From the NCBI GenBank assembly GCA_965263355.1, contig CBDHHL010000056.1, forward strand, positions 256,001-320,000: a DNA stretch of 64,000 nt. The letters run 5' to 3'. The DNA is from Leptolyngbyaceae cyanobacterium (GTDB lineage: Bacteria; Cyanobacteriota; Cyanobacteriia; Phormidesmidales; Phormidesmidaceae). Position 1 is the first letter of the stretch. Each line of letters begins with the position of its first letter. Positions 10,013-20,376 of this stretch are shown here, in pieces. The translations under genes and the position numbers were made by a program. A model generated the notes under the pieces. It saw nothing but the letters and a program-made list of their open reading frames with translations. It did not search any database and was not told the DNA's origin.

Positions 10013-10480
10013 CTATAACGACGAGCCCGACGACCGCAATAACAACGACTCCGCACCCCGAAAATAGGTCGCCCAAAACTCAGTCACCGGCTGTTGGCTC
10101 CACTCCTGACGGCTAACCCGCAAAGTCAGAATCGGCACCGAGACACCATTGCTGTTCTCACCCGTTACACCGATCACCACCGCCGTGATCAACAAATCCT
10201 GGTCGAAACTACGCTGGGCCCCAGCCCGAGCTGCCATATTCGCCCGTCGCACCAGGCTGCTGTAGGGCTCGTCTTCCTCTAAGGTCAAAAATAAATTTAA
10301 CCGAGATGTATAGGCATGGGCAGCCTTGGGCATAATCAGCGCTTCCGTTAGCCACAACGCGCTAGAGGTGCCCAGCAACACCGCCAAGCCAACAGGGGCA
10401 AATGAGGCGCTAAAGCGTTGCGTTAAAGGGCGCTTACGTCGCCGTCTAGGATATGGCCGGTAAAGGGATGTCGAGGACAT
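10013..10480 (-). CDS. Conserved cyanobacterial hypothetical protein, probably exported
   Basis: Basic N-terminus, hydrophobic segment and AHA signal-like site, then AAARAGAQRSFDQD-like and PILTLRVSRQEW segments. Confidence 0.65.
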   Translation of the reverse strand: MSSTSLYRPYPRRRRKRPLTQRFSASFAPVGLAVLLGTSSALWLTEALIMPKAAHAYTSRLNLFLTLEEDEPYSSLVRRANMAARAGAQRSFDQDLLITAVVIGVTGENSNGVSVPILTLRVSRQEWSQQPVTEFWATYFRGAESLLLRSSGSSL

Positions 10481-10875
10481 GTAGGTTAAAAAATGCTAAA
10501 AATAACACCGTACCGATAGAACTGTAATATAAACCGCGTACAGAACCACGATTTCAGGAAAATCCGGGGCTTTGGCTGCGACGAAACAACTATCGTTAAA
10601 CTTTCCCAATTTTGTAACCCGAATTATCAATAAACAGAAAGTCTCCGGGCCACAATTCTGATTGGATAGTGTATCTCATTAGAATTAGATATCGGAATGA
10701 TTCGGAGCTATCGGCTCTATCGGAGCTATCAGCTCTAATCGGCTCTAGAATGAGCGCATCTAACATCTAATTAAGTTGATATTGTATATCAACTCAAACG
10801 ACTCAACTTGCAGTATTATATTGCGCTGAATGCGTCTGCTCCCTTTAACGTCCAATCTGTATTTGGTGGCTTCTA

Positions 10876-13194
10876 ATGTCGAATAGCTGGGCAATTATCA
10901 TTGGAATCAATCAGTATCAGGGGTTTCAGCCGCTGATGCAGGCTCAAAATGATGCGGTGGGTATTCGTCGATACCTGATCGAAGAAGCTGGCTTTGCGCC
11001 GGAAAACTGCATTTTACTGAGTGATTTGTCCAAGTCGACTGAGCAGGAAGCGGTCTTTCCCGATCAGGTCGCTATTAATGACTGGCTTGAAACTATTTGC
11101 CAGGGACGGGTGCAACAGGATGACACACTTTGGTTTTACTTCAGCGGCTATGGAGCCCAGGCAGATAATAAGGACTATTTGATGCCGGTCGATGGCGATC
11201 CAGCACAAGTTAAACAGACTGGGATTGCCTTGCAGGAAGTGGTGAAATATCTCAAGCAAGCACCAACGAAAGACATCATTATGGTGCTGGATATGAACCG
11301 TAGCCAGAGTGCTTTAGCAGGTCAGGCGATTGGTGAACATGTGGCCAAGTTAGCGAGTAAAGCGCGTATTCCACTGATTCTGTCCTGTCAGCCCAATGAG
11401 TTTTCCCATGAGACCCTGGCCGTGCGCCATGGGTTGTTTACAGCGGCATTGCTGGAGGGGCTTCGTTATGACGGTTGTGCCACCCTCAGTCACCTGGAAC
11501 GCTATTTAATTGAGCGCATTCCTGAACTCTGTGAACACCATTGGCGACCGATTCAAAATCCGGTAGTGATGCTGCCTGAAGAACAGAAATTTCAGCTGCT
11601 GTGGCATCAGCGTGATGGGGTGACCCCTGGCGCTGAGGTAGCTGCGGCGGCAGCAGCCGGGCTAGGGGGCATTGGTGCTGCTGCTTTAGCAGATACCCCA
11701 GAGTCGGATATGGCAATGGTGGAAGATGCACCGGATACAGCGTTTCTGATTCCGGATAACCCAGATGCTGAGTTTATTGCAGATGATGCGGATCTGATTC
11801 CAGATGACCCGGATGCTGAGTTTACCGTAAATGACCCAGATGCGGATCTGATTCCGGATAACCCGGATGCTTTTGGGGATGAGAATGACCTGGTACTAAC
11901 TCCGGATTTAGTGCTGGCTGAGAACCTATCGGAAACGCCTGATCAAGAATCGTTTGCGGTGGATATGGATGAGGATGAGGATAATAGCTACGGTACAACC
12001 ACGGTTGATGACCTGCCTGATAATCAACCGGTTAAAGGCAATTGGGGTGGCTGCATAGGGTTATTGGCAGCATTTGCAGCGTTGGGGTTACTGCTGGCCG
12101 TGCTATTCCGTAATCAGGCCTTGGTACAAAGTACGTTGCAGAATCGAGTACCGCCTGATTGGCTAGCACGTATTGGGTTGGGCTCAGATGGGTCTACCGA
12201 TGAAACAACGCCTGATGACGCTACCCCATCAGGGGACACTCCAGACGATCCGGATGCTGTTGCGGACATTGCAGATGAGGAGCCGACAGCAGCTGTTCCA
12301 GACGACCCTGATGCGACGCCAGATGACCCGGATGCGGCAACACCTGACGACCCCGATGCCGTTCCAGACGATCCGGATGCGGCGGCAACACCTGACGACC
12401 CTGATGCTGACACACCCGATGCGGTGGCAGAAGAAGAAACAGATGCTGTAGAAGAAACAGACGATACCGATGCGGCGGTGGATGCCCCGGATGCGGCGGT
12501 GGGTGATGCCTCGGATACGCCACCGGAGGGTGTAGCGGCATCTGGTAACACGACGAATAGTTCAACTTCAACACCTGATGCATCGGCAGCTGACGCACCT
12601 GGGGATGGCGCTAATACGGCAGCATTATTGGAAGAGGCTCGTCGGTCTTTGCGGCCAAGTCAGGCGTCTCGGTTTGCTAGCGCGATCGCAACTGCCAAAA
12701 AAGTTCCTACGGATGATCCCAACTATCCCCAAGCCCAGGCTGACATTCAGCGCTGGAGTCAAGTGATCATGGACCTGGCCGAAGGGCGGGCGGCGGAAAA
12801 TGATTTCCAGGGGGCCATTAATGCTGCCAAACTAATTCCCAATCAACCTGCGGATATCCATGGTCGAGCCCAAGAGCTAATTAGCACGTGGCAAACGCGA
12901 GCCGATGCCCGTGCCCTGATTCGAGAGGCCCAGACCATTCCTCGCACAGGTCAAGCCAGCACATACCAGCGGGGGATTTTGAAACTACAGGAAGTTCCTG
13001 AGGACTTGCCCATTGATTATGCAGATGCTCAGCGATTAATTGGCGAATGGACCGGCAAAATGCTGGCCATTGCCCAGTCTAGAGCAGACCGAGGTCTTTA
13101 CTTTGGTGCCATTGAAGCCGCCGAACTCATTCCTGAGGGCACCCCAAATTATGACCAAGCCCAGGCCGAGATTCGTCGCTGGAAAGGGGAGTAG
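10876..13194 (+). CDS. Caspase-family (peptidase C14) pseudo-orthocaspase with TM helix, acidic PDDPDA repeats and C-terminal helical repeats
   Basis: WAIIIGINQY, YFSGYG (His replaced by Tyr), VLDMNRS (Cys replaced by Asn), SCQPNEFSHE, HGLFTAALLEGL. TM segment GCIGLLAAFAALGLLLAVLF. Confidence 0.88.
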   Translation: MSNSWAIIIGINQYQGFQPLMQAQNDAVGIRRYLIEEAGFAPENCILLSDLSKSTEQEAVFPDQVAINDWLETICQGRVQQDDTLWFYFSGYGAQADNKDYLMPVDGDPAQVKQTGIALQEVVKYLKQAPTKDIIMVLDMNRSQSALAGQAIGEHVAKLASKARIPLILSCQPNEFSHETLAVRHGLFTAALLEGLRYDGCATLSHLERYLIERIPELCEHHWRPIQNPVVMLPEEQKFQLLWHQRDGVTPGAEVAAAAAAGLGGIGAAALADTPESDMAMVEDAPDTAFLIPDNPDAEFIADDADLIPDDPDAEFTVNDPDADLIPDNPDAFGDENDLVLTPDLVLAENLSETPDQESFAVDMDEDEDNSYGTTTVDDLPDNQPVKGNWGGCIGLLAAFAALGLLLAVLFRNQALVQSTLQNRVPPDWLARIGLGSDGSTDETTPDDATPSGDTPDDPDAVADIADEEPTAAVPDDPDATPDDPDAATPDDPDAVPDDPDAAATPDDPDADTPDAVAEEETDAVEETDDTDAAVDAPDAAVGDASDTPPEGVAASGNTTNSSTSTPDASAADAPGDGANTAALLEEARRSLRPSQASRFASAIATAKKVPTDDPNYPQAQADIQRWSQVIMDLAEGRAAENDFQGAINAAKLIPNQPADIHGRAQELISTWQTRADARALIREAQTIPRTGQASTYQRGILKLQEVPEDLPIDYADAQRLIGEWTGKMLAIAQSRADRGLYFGAIEAAELIPEGTPNYDQAQAEIRRWKGE

Positions 13195-13240
13195 CGAGAA
13201 GATTCTAGATATGCCCCTACTTAACCCAGAGGTGGGGCTA

Positions 13241-14005
13241 TTAATCTGTCAATATCGTTTCGATATTCCCTAGGATGTCTACGGTAGCTTGCAATTTTGT
13301 CTCGATGGTCTGTTTTTGTTTTGTCAGCTGATTAAGACGGCGATAACGGGCAATCGCCATACTTAACACTGGCACCTGCTCAGATGGACACTGTTCTGTC
13401 TGGATTTGACCACAGCTGGTGAGGCGACACAGATAATATTGACTTGGTTTGTCATGGTCAGAGCTGTCCTTAACCTCGTGGGTTAAGGGCAAGGGCTCGA
13501 TTGTGCTGATTGTTGATGACGGGCTGACTGCTTGATTTTTGTCGATCGACTTGCCATTTTCGAGCACCGCACTTTCAAGGGCTGAAAGGTAGTTCATTAA
13601 ATCATTGGTGTCGCCATGGCGAAATAGAGCCACATCCGCCGTCCCCAAGTTTTGGGACTGCTTTTCACGATGGCTGTTGTTGGAGTGGTGACCTGCTAGA
13701 TCATTAGCTGCGGCATCATGCTCACCATGGCCATTGTCAGCCAGATTTGAGTACTTTACGGCAGCATGTAAGCTGGCTTCAGACGCTAACCAACCTGAAA
13801 CGACTGGGCCTTCTGCGTAGACCTGATGTATTTTGTGGGTTAGCTGTCGCAGCTGACTTTGATAGTACTGGACCTTTTTGTAAATATTGGTCAATGCATT
13901 AAGTGCGATCGCTGGATTCACCTCATGGCGAAAACTAATTGCTTCGCCATCGGTTGTATGCGGAAGCTGAGGAATCTTAGGAGTAAAAGACATGTGTGCT
14001 ACCAA
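13241..14005 (-). CDS. Conserved cyanobacterial hypothetical protein (start possibly 13993)
   Basis: Contains FRHEVNPAIA, IHQVYAEGPVVSGWL and YYLCRL...CPSEQVPVLSMAIARY, with coiled coils. Confidence 0.65.
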   Translation of the reverse strand: MVAHMSFTPKIPQLPHTTDGEAISFRHEVNPAIALNALTNIYKKVQYYQSQLRQLTHKIHQVYAEGPVVSGWLASEASLHAAVKYSNLADNGHGEHDAAANDLAGHHSNNSHREKQSQNLGTADVALFRHGDTNDLMNYLSALESAVLENGKSIDKNQAVSPSSTISTIEPLPLTHEVKDSSDHDKPSQYYLCRLTSCGQIQTEQCPSEQVPVLSMAIARYRRLNQLTKQKQTIETKLQATVDILGNIETILTD

Positions 14006-14480
14006 ACCGCCAGTTGAATCTGTGAGATGGATGCTAGCCCTGATGCGTTCTGCATGATAGCCACGTATATGTAATGGAACTACAAGAAGCCAATTTAAAG
14101 GCTAGAACGCTTAATGGATTTTTTTTGAATATCAGATTAAATCATTAATCCGATACCCATAAATCCCTGACATAGTATACTTCGGCTTTTTAGAAGTGCC
14201 ACCAGATGAGCACCAAAATCTCATCGTCTATGGCGAATCTATTGAGACTTTTTGCCATAACCTATAATTTTCCATAGAGATACAAACGAGTTAGTATCCT
14301 CTTTGCCAGTGGCACCATTGTTATGCTTCTGTAGGCATTTTTTTTGATACGTGCCAGCATAGAGCTGCATGTGCTAAACCATATCTATCAGGCTAAAACT
14401 GATTCCTGATTGCATACAAAGATCTCAAGTTTGTTTCTGGCTACCCACACGATCAACTATCGTCATTGGGTTTTTGACCT

Positions 14481-15551
14481 ATGCGTTTACCTCCATCTGT
14501 GCGATATTTCCCATCTCGATTGCAGTTCATCTGGAATCCATGGCTTTGGCTTGGCATTCTGATCACGACAATTGTCGGTGTATACGCCTGGGAATATCGT
14601 CAAAATCCAAGACAGTTGCCTTGGCAAATTGACTCAACTGGTCTAGGCAGTTCTGGCGACGCTACCTCCACCGATGTGTTGCTTGAGTCGCTGACGCCTG
14701 AAGAGCAAGCTGTTGCAGCTGAGTTAGACAATGTAGAACTGCTATTAGCCCAGCTTGATTCCGATGTATCTGCATTGACCTCAGGAGGAGAATCCAGTGT
14801 GGCCGCTTCCCTCAATGCCTTGGGGAATGGAAATGGGAAGTCTGGCGAGTCAGGTGTGGAGCGTTTAACTCGCTACATCGACGAGTATAGTTTCCTGGGA
14901 ACGAACGCTAGAGGTTCAAATATACAGATAGAGCAGGAGGAAGTGTTAGTTCAACGACCGGTTGAGTCGATTTTGAACTTGCAACCCGATGCCACAACTC
15001 AGCCAGACGATGTTTTACCATTGAGCGCATTGTCCCAAGCCTTGGCCCGCCAGCAGACCGCATCAGAGGTTTCTCCAGCGTCGCCTGCTCAAGTAGACAT
15101 TGACTCTAGGGGCTTGCCGGTAACTGTCGATACGAGTAATAATCCGGAAATCGCTTCTGAAGAGACGGCTGACAATGCGGCTACACCAACGACATTTGGT
15201 TTTGATCAGACTGGGGTAGTCCCTGGTAGTTTAGATGGGCTCAACCGCTCGTTTATTCGAACTACTCCTAACATGTCGCCACCACCTGGTACGACTGGAT
15301 ATGTACCGCCAACGTCCTCGCCAGCATTTAATCAGCTAAATCAATCCGCTGGAGCAAGTTCTTTCCCTACACCCGCTCAGCCATCGTTTGATTCCTTTAA
15401 CAGCCCATCGTCATCAGCACCCGATAGTTCTCAGGTGTTACCACCTGCTGATGGGGTTAATACAGCACCATTGGCAACACCGACGTTTGATGGTGCGGCA
15501 CAACCGGTGCCAGACCAGCCCAGAAATGCTTGGGAAAGTTTCTGGGATTAG
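14481..15551 (+). CDS. Hypothetical single-pass membrane protein with low-complexity S/P/T-rich tail
   Basis: TM segment WLWLGILITTIVGVYAWEY, motif LTPEEQAVAAELDN, and RTTPNMSPPPGTTGY. Confidence 0.65.
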   Translation: MRLPPSVRYFPSRLQFIWNPWLWLGILITTIVGVYAWEYRQNPRQLPWQIDSTGLGSSGDATSTDVLLESLTPEEQAVAAELDNVELLLAQLDSDVSALTSGGESSVAASLNALGNGNGKSGESGVERLTRYIDEYSFLGTNARGSNIQIEQEEVLVQRPVESILNLQPDATTQPDDVLPLSALSQALARQQTASEVSPASPAQVDIDSRGLPVTVDTSNNPEIASEETADNAATPTTFGFDQTGVVPGSLDGLNRSFIRTTPNMSPPPGTTGYVPPTSSPAFNQLNQSAGASSFPTPAQPSFDSFNSPSSSAPDSSQVLPPADGVNTAPLATPTFDGAAQPVPDQPRNAWESFWD

Positions 15552-15597
15552 GTGCTTGGCTGCACTTTAACTTTAGCTCCTACGGGGTATACACATC

Positions 15598-15670
15598 TAA
15601 ATCATGTCCAAGTTGAAATCTGTAGCTTCTTCTACGGAAAAACTCCAGTTCTGGACATGGACAAGGTTTA
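15598..15670. mobile_element. 73-bp MITE-like element, copy 1
   Basis: TAAATCATGTCCA...TGGACAAGGTTTA terminal inverted repeats with TA at both ends. Homologous to the copies at 19826, 23272, 26229 and 51090. Confidence 0.8.
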
Positions 15671-15763
15671 GAAGATAATGATCCAAAACTTAATACACGG
15701 TAGTGCTCTAACTTTGGTTGGGTTTAGCTAGGGTTACTATTGCACGATTAAAAGGAGCCATGA

Positions 15764-16114
15764 ATGGCAAAACAGAAGGGTAAAAAGTCGAACCCAGCGA
15801 CCGATCGGGTAGTGTATTCGGAATTTGGTCAGAATCCAGCTATGGAACGGGCTATGCCTGATCGCCCGCCAGCGGAGCAGGATTTACGGGTACAGGTCAG
15901 TGGTAAGGGGCGTAAGGGTAAAAAAGTCACTATTATTAGCGGGTTTCAGCACACCCCAGAAACATTAACCAAGCTAGCCAAGGCCCTTAAAGCTCAATGT
16001 GGCTCTGGTGGAACGGTTAAGGATAATACCATTGAAATTCAGGGGGAACATGCCCCTAAGCTGGTAGCTCTTTTGATTGAAAAGGGCTATCGTGCAAAGC
16101 GCAGCGGAGGCTGA
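15764..16114 (+). CDS. yciH: Translation initiation factor SUI1/YciH
   Basis: GRKGKKVTIISG...LKAQCGSGGTVKDNTIEIQGEH. Confidence 0.95.
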   Translation: MAKQKGKKSNPATDRVVYSEFGQNPAMERAMPDRPPAEQDLRVQVSGKGRKGKKVTIISGFQHTPETLTKLAKALKAQCGSGGTVKDNTIEIQGEHAPKLVALLIEKGYRAKRSGG

Positions 16115-16123
16115 TGCGGGCCT

Positions 16124-17914
16124 ATGGCTTCTTTATTCTCGTTTTTCAGGTTAAAGCTCCTGCGCTACGGGCTTTTGAGTTTATTGGCATGGTGTGTAAT
16201 AAGCATTGCTGGATTGAGGGTGTGGGCAGCGGATTGGCAGCAACAGCCTTGTGTCGCTGCCCTCAGCCAAGATCAAATCTTAGAGCCAGTGCGCTATGGG
16301 GCGCAGCCAATTTCACAGCAACAGTTTGCAGCAGCCGTTTTAAGGGCATTTCCAGGTAAATTTGCAGCGGCTAATCAGGCCCTCGGTCTCACTTTTGAGG
16401 GAGAGACTGAAGTTGAGCAACTGTTAGTGGCCGCGTTGGAAGACGCGGTGGTTGAGCAACGGCCAATTTTGCGATCGCAAGCCCTCTCTGTGCTTACCAC
16501 TGGGGCAGCTTTGCCCTATGAAGCTAATGCCACCCGGTTACTGGAGGCCACTTTTAGGGATAGCCCATTAATTGCCTATGACAGTCGTGAAGGGGTCGCC
16601 GCTGCCTTGGCCCAGGGCATTATTCCGACCGAATTCAACGCTAGATTGCTGAGTTCTCAGCCCAGTTTTTACCCCAACCGCCATGAATCTTACGCCATGG
16701 CGGCCAATTTACTCTGTGCCGCTAGCCCTGACCCAACGGTGGCGGCCCTGGTACCTAATCGGGTCCAACCAGCAGCCATTACCCCTGGCCACACACCTCA
16801 ACGTGAGATCCGTGGGGTATGGATGACCAATATTGACAGTCAGGTCTTGTTTTCTCGGACCAATTTAGAGCAAGGGCTACAGCGGTTGGCAAAGCTGAAC
16901 TTTAATACCGTATACCCCACTGTGTGGAACTGGGGTTACACCCTGTATCCCAGTGCCGTGGCTAAACGTACCTTTGGCTATCAGCAGGGCCTATATCCCG
17001 ACGTGGACAATACGGGGGAACGTAATCAAGCCCTAGAAGCCGCCCAGGGAGATCGTGATATGTTACTGGAGCTGATTGAACTAGCTCATCCCCTGGGACT
17101 ACGGGTGATTCCCTGGTTTGAGTTTGGGTTTATGGCCCCAGCCAATTCCACCCTGGCGGCGGCTCACCCGGAGTGGCTGACCCAAAAGGCCGATGGCAGT
17201 CAAGTTAAGGCAGAAGGGATCCATGACCGGGTGTGGCTAAATCCGTTTCACCCTGAAGTACAGCAGTTTATGCTCGACATGGTGAGTGAGCTATTGGCCA
17301 ACTATCCCATTGATGGCTTTCAGGTAGACGATCATTTTGGTCTACCGGTGGCCTATGGCTACGATCCCTACACCGTTAACCTGTATCGCCAGGAACATAA
17401 TGGTCAGGCCCCACCCACCGATATTTACGACCCGGAATGGACCCGCTGGCGGGCTAATAAAATCACTGATTTTATGGGTCGTACTTTTGAGGTCGTTAAA
17501 GCACGGCAACCCACAGCCATTGTGTCGGTTTCTCCCAATCCCCATGAATTTGCCTATAGACACTTTTTGCAAGATTGGCATACCTGGGTTAACCGAGGCT
17601 ATGTGGAAGAGCTGATTGTACAGCTTTATCGTAGCGATCTGGGGCGGTTTGTCTGGGAAATGAACCGTGCTCCGGCTCAGGCGGCACGCCGTCATATTCC
17701 AACGGCGGTGGGGGTGCTTAGCGGACTGCGGGGACGGCCTGTATCCATGGCGTGGATCCAGGAGCAAGTAGCCGCGATTCGAGATCGCAGCTATGCAGGG
17801 GTTTCATTTTTCTTTTACGAATCCCTCTGGTGGTCAGATACTGAAACCCTAGAACAACGTCAGCAGTCCCTACGGGAGATTTTTCCCCGCAAAGCTACGG
17901 CTCCGCAAGTGTGA
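16124..17914 (+). CDS. Glycoside hydrolase family 10-like (DUF187/GHL10) protein with N-terminal SLH-like region
   Basis: EIRGVW, NFNTVYP.VW..GYTLYPS, IPWFEFG, WLNPFHPEVQQF, IDGFQVDDHF, QDWHTW. Confidence 0.9.
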   Translation: MASLFSFFRLKLLRYGLLSLLAWCVISIAGLRVWAADWQQQPCVAALSQDQILEPVRYGAQPISQQQFAAAVLRAFPGKFAAANQALGLTFEGETEVEQLLVAALEDAVVEQRPILRSQALSVLTTGAALPYEANATRLLEATFRDSPLIAYDSREGVAAALAQGIIPTEFNARLLSSQPSFYPNRHESYAMAANLLCAASPDPTVAALVPNRVQPAAITPGHTPQREIRGVWMTNIDSQVLFSRTNLEQGLQRLAKLNFNTVYPTVWNWGYTLYPSAVAKRTFGYQQGLYPDVDNTGERNQALEAAQGDRDMLLELIELAHPLGLRVIPWFEFGFMAPANSTLAAAHPEWLTQKADGSQVKAEGIHDRVWLNPFHPEVQQFMLDMVSELLANYPIDGFQVDDHFGLPVAYGYDPYTVNLYRQEHNGQAPPTDIYDPEWTRWRANKITDFMGRTFEVVKARQPTAIVSVSPNPHEFAYRHFLQDWHTWVNRGYVEELIVQLYRSDLGRFVWEMNRAPAQAARRHIPTAVGVLSGLRGRPVSMAWIQEQVAAIRDRSYAGVSFFFYESLWWSDTETLEQRQQSLREIFPRKATAPQV

Positions 17915-17933
17915 TAGCCTAATCTGGCTTTAT

Positions 17934-19550
17934 CTATGTACCACCTTGCCCTGGAGTATTACCTGCCTGCCCCGGTGGTTGAGCCCCTGACTGTCCAGGA
18001 GTATTCCCCGTCTGACCTGGCGGTAGAGTCTCTCCATTGGGCGGCTCTGAAATAGCTGTTGTTGTTTCAGGAGGCGGCTCTGTAGACGGGTCTGAAACAA
18101 CTATGACATCAGGCAAACGGTCTACTTGAGCTTCCGTTTCTAGCTCCGGCACAGTTTCAAGCAGATTAATCTCTTCTGGAATTTCAGCGGCGGGAATAAC
18201 TGTTTCCGTAGTCGGTACAACCGTCGCTTCTACGGGAGGGGCAATCGACTCAACAGGTACTATCGGAATCGGTGGCTTTTCAATCACTGGAGTGATCACC
18301 TCGGTAGGTAGCACAGTTGGCTCCGGCGCAACCACAATCACAGGGGTTGGAGCAGTTGTTTCCGGTACCGTTGGCTCGGGTTGCACAAAGGAGGGTAAGG
18401 GCTCAACGGATTCAACTACGATGTTCCCATCGGGAAAGACCAGTGTAGGGGGTTTTTCAATGGGCTGATTAGGAATTTCCCCAGGGGTAGGTTCAGGTGG
18501 GTTGGGGCTGGGACCAGCAATGGGCGTTGGTGGGTTTGTGGGTGGCGTAGCTGACGGGTTAGGCGTGGGGGCAGGGGGCCTGTTGGCTACCGATGGTCGA
18601 GGATTCGGTATCCCTGTGATGGTGGGTGGTACCGGAGTGGCAACAGGTTGGTTAACGGTGCCACTGACTACGCTTTCAAATCCACTTTGCTGCAAAAAAG
18701 CCGCCGCAGGTGAGGCAGAAAAATCAGGTATGGCGTTAGTGGTAGCTAGGCGTTCACGGGTAGTGGTTAAGACTGGAGTGGCGGCAAGAAAGGATGGATT
18801 TTCAATCACATCATCGTTATCTTCAAAGCGCTCCTGTTGCTCCAGGGCATCTTTAATTTCTTCTCTGACCGCATCAATGGCTTGATCACCTATTTCAGAG
18901 TCGAGATTATCCAGTTCTAGACCGACGACCAAGTCACTGGTTTCGTAAAATGTCTCTAGTTCGAAAACAAATTGCTCTAAGGTCCCATCCCCTCGCATTA
19001 CCGCCATTTCCCCAGCATAGAGAGGTTGTTGTTGAGAGCCATCCAGGTTAAAGACCACCATTGGTCCTGCTAGATTATTGGTCAGGGCTCCAATAATAGT
19101 GGTATCGGTTTCTGGGATAAAACGCACAAATAAGGCTGACCCATGGATGCCGGTTACCGCATTGGGGGTTTGAATGGTTGTCCGGCCCTGACCAGGGGGA
19201 ATTAACAATAACACTGTGCCATTAGATAGGCGAAAGTTGCGCGTATTGGGGGTGAATTGAAATACAGCGCTCTCACCAATGCGGGCTAAGGATCCATCGT
19301 TAAACCGCAGTTCTGCCCGTGCTCTGCGAGCAGTGCTGAGGGCATCGCCAACACCAAGAACATCAGAAACCCGCGCTCTACGAGATTGACCATTAGTAAA
19401 TAACTGCACTTGATTGCGTGTAAGTTCTACCCTGGCCCATGTCAGAGCAGACTGGGCGTTAGCAGACCTGGGCAACAACAACAACATCCCTAAGGATGCG
19501 CAAGCCAGGGACAACCAACGACCCGGTGACGCTAAATTCAGTTTTTTCAT
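17934..19550 (-). CDS. FecR-domain secreted protein with Pro/Glu/Thr-rich tail
   Basis: Signal peptide, then GDALSTARRARAELRFNDGSLARIG...IQTPNAVTGIHGS. C-terminal PPGQ/TPGQ repeats. Confidence 0.85.
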   Translation of the reverse strand: MKKLNLASPGRWLSLACASLGMLLLLPRSANAQSALTWARVELTRNQVQLFTNGQSRRARVSDVLGVGDALSTARRARAELRFNDGSLARIGESAVFQFTPNTRNFRLSNGTVLLLIPPGQGRTTIQTPNAVTGIHGSALFVRFIPETDTTIIGALTNNLAGPMVVFNLDGSQQQPLYAGEMAVMRGDGTLEQFVFELETFYETSDLVVGLELDNLDSEIGDQAIDAVREEIKDALEQQERFEDNDDVIENPSFLAATPVLTTTRERLATTNAIPDFSASPAAAFLQQSGFESVVSGTVNQPVATPVPPTITGIPNPRPSVANRPPAPTPNPSATPPTNPPTPIAGPSPNPPEPTPGEIPNQPIEKPPTLVFPDGNIVVESVEPLPSFVQPEPTVPETTAPTPVIVVAPEPTVLPTEVITPVIEKPPIPIVPVESIAPPVEATVVPTTETVIPAAEIPEEINLLETVPELETEAQVDRLPDVIVVSDPSTEPPPETTTAISEPPNGETLPPGQTGNTPGQSGAQPPGQAGNTPGQGGT

Positions 19551-19825
19551 TACAGTCGGTTAATGAACCAGCTAAATATGAAAGACTATTACGCAATGAC
19601 CTCAATTTGAAGCTACGCCGCTGACCCACATTAGGCCCGGTTTGGTGGCTATAGAAATCACGAGATCATTGAAACCCCCGATTATATAAAGTCTTGATAC
19701 ACCCTTAACGTTATGCTACCGGTGTTAGTTGCAAAGGTGGGCAAGATTTGATGAAGTGTGGGACGTTAGTTCACACTTTTTTTGAAGATTGTGTTGAATT
19801 GTCAAAAAAACGTCCAGTTTCAAAC

Positions 19826-19898
19826 TAAACCTTGTCCACATCCAGAACCGTAGTTTTGCCATATGTAAAACTACAAGTTTCAACTTGGACGTGGTCTA
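19826..19898. mobile_element. 73-bp MITE-like element, copy 2
   Basis: TAAACCTTGTCCA...TGGACGTGGTCTA. The right end overlaps the stop codon of the ParR-like gene. Confidence 0.8.
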
Positions 19899-20312
19899 GA
19901 AATCCTCTAGCAGGGGGGCCAAACGGCTGATTATGGGATCGCTATCAGCACTATCCTCATCGTTACTACTCTCATCGTTAGCGGTAGCACTGTCAGTGCC
20001 ATTAATTAGGGTAGGCGCTTCGGCAGAGATATCCTTTTCGACAGTTGGGCTAAAGGCCGATGTGATACTGGTATTGTCCTCAATTGCGGCTACCCGAGCG
20101 CCTAGTTGCGCAATCTGATGTTGCAACTCCATGAATAGCATCACAGACTGGGTGGGTTCACGACTCAGCAAATATTGACGTAGCGCCTGCTTGCAAAGCT
20201 CGCTAAAGCTTTGCTGATGCTCAGACTGATGTGTTGCGATCGCATCCAATAAAGCCCGATCTCCGTCGCTATCGTCGAATGAAATGCTCTTACGGATGGA
20301 TTTGGCAGCCAT
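19896..20312 (-). CDS. ParR-like ribbon-helix-helix protein (CorR-like partner of chromosomal ParM)
   Basis: KSISFDDSDGDRALL...SFSELCKQALRQYL, a coiled coil, an acidic linker and an amphipathic C-terminus PIISRLAPLLEDF. Lies directly downstream of the ParM gene. Confidence 0.7.
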   Translation of the reverse strand: MAAKSIRKSISFDDSDGDRALLDAIATHQSEHQQSFSELCKQALRQYLLSREPTQSVMLFMELQHQIAQLGARVAAIEDNTSITSAFSPTVEKDISAEAPTLINGTDSATANDESSNDEDSADSDPIISRLAPLLEDF

Positions 20313-20376
20313 GGGTCAACTAGAGGCAAGAACAACACTGCCCCTAATAACGCATAGCCGAGGGTTACCCGTCAAT

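Noticed and set aside
10691..10748. ATCGG(A/C)(G/T)CT short repeats upstream of the caspase-like gene
   Set aside because: Degenerate STRR-like microrepeats are common in cyanobacteria, and there is no evidence of a specific function.
12114..12598. Ser/Ala-rich and His/Arg-rich ORFs
   Set aside because: They are antisense or off-frame translations of the PDDPDA repeats in the caspase-like gene.
15598..15670. GTTGAAA/GTTTCAAC motif in the 73-bp element as a CRISPR repeat end or tracrRNA
   Set aside because: Copies are solitary, TIR-bounded and dispersed, with no repeat-spacer structure.
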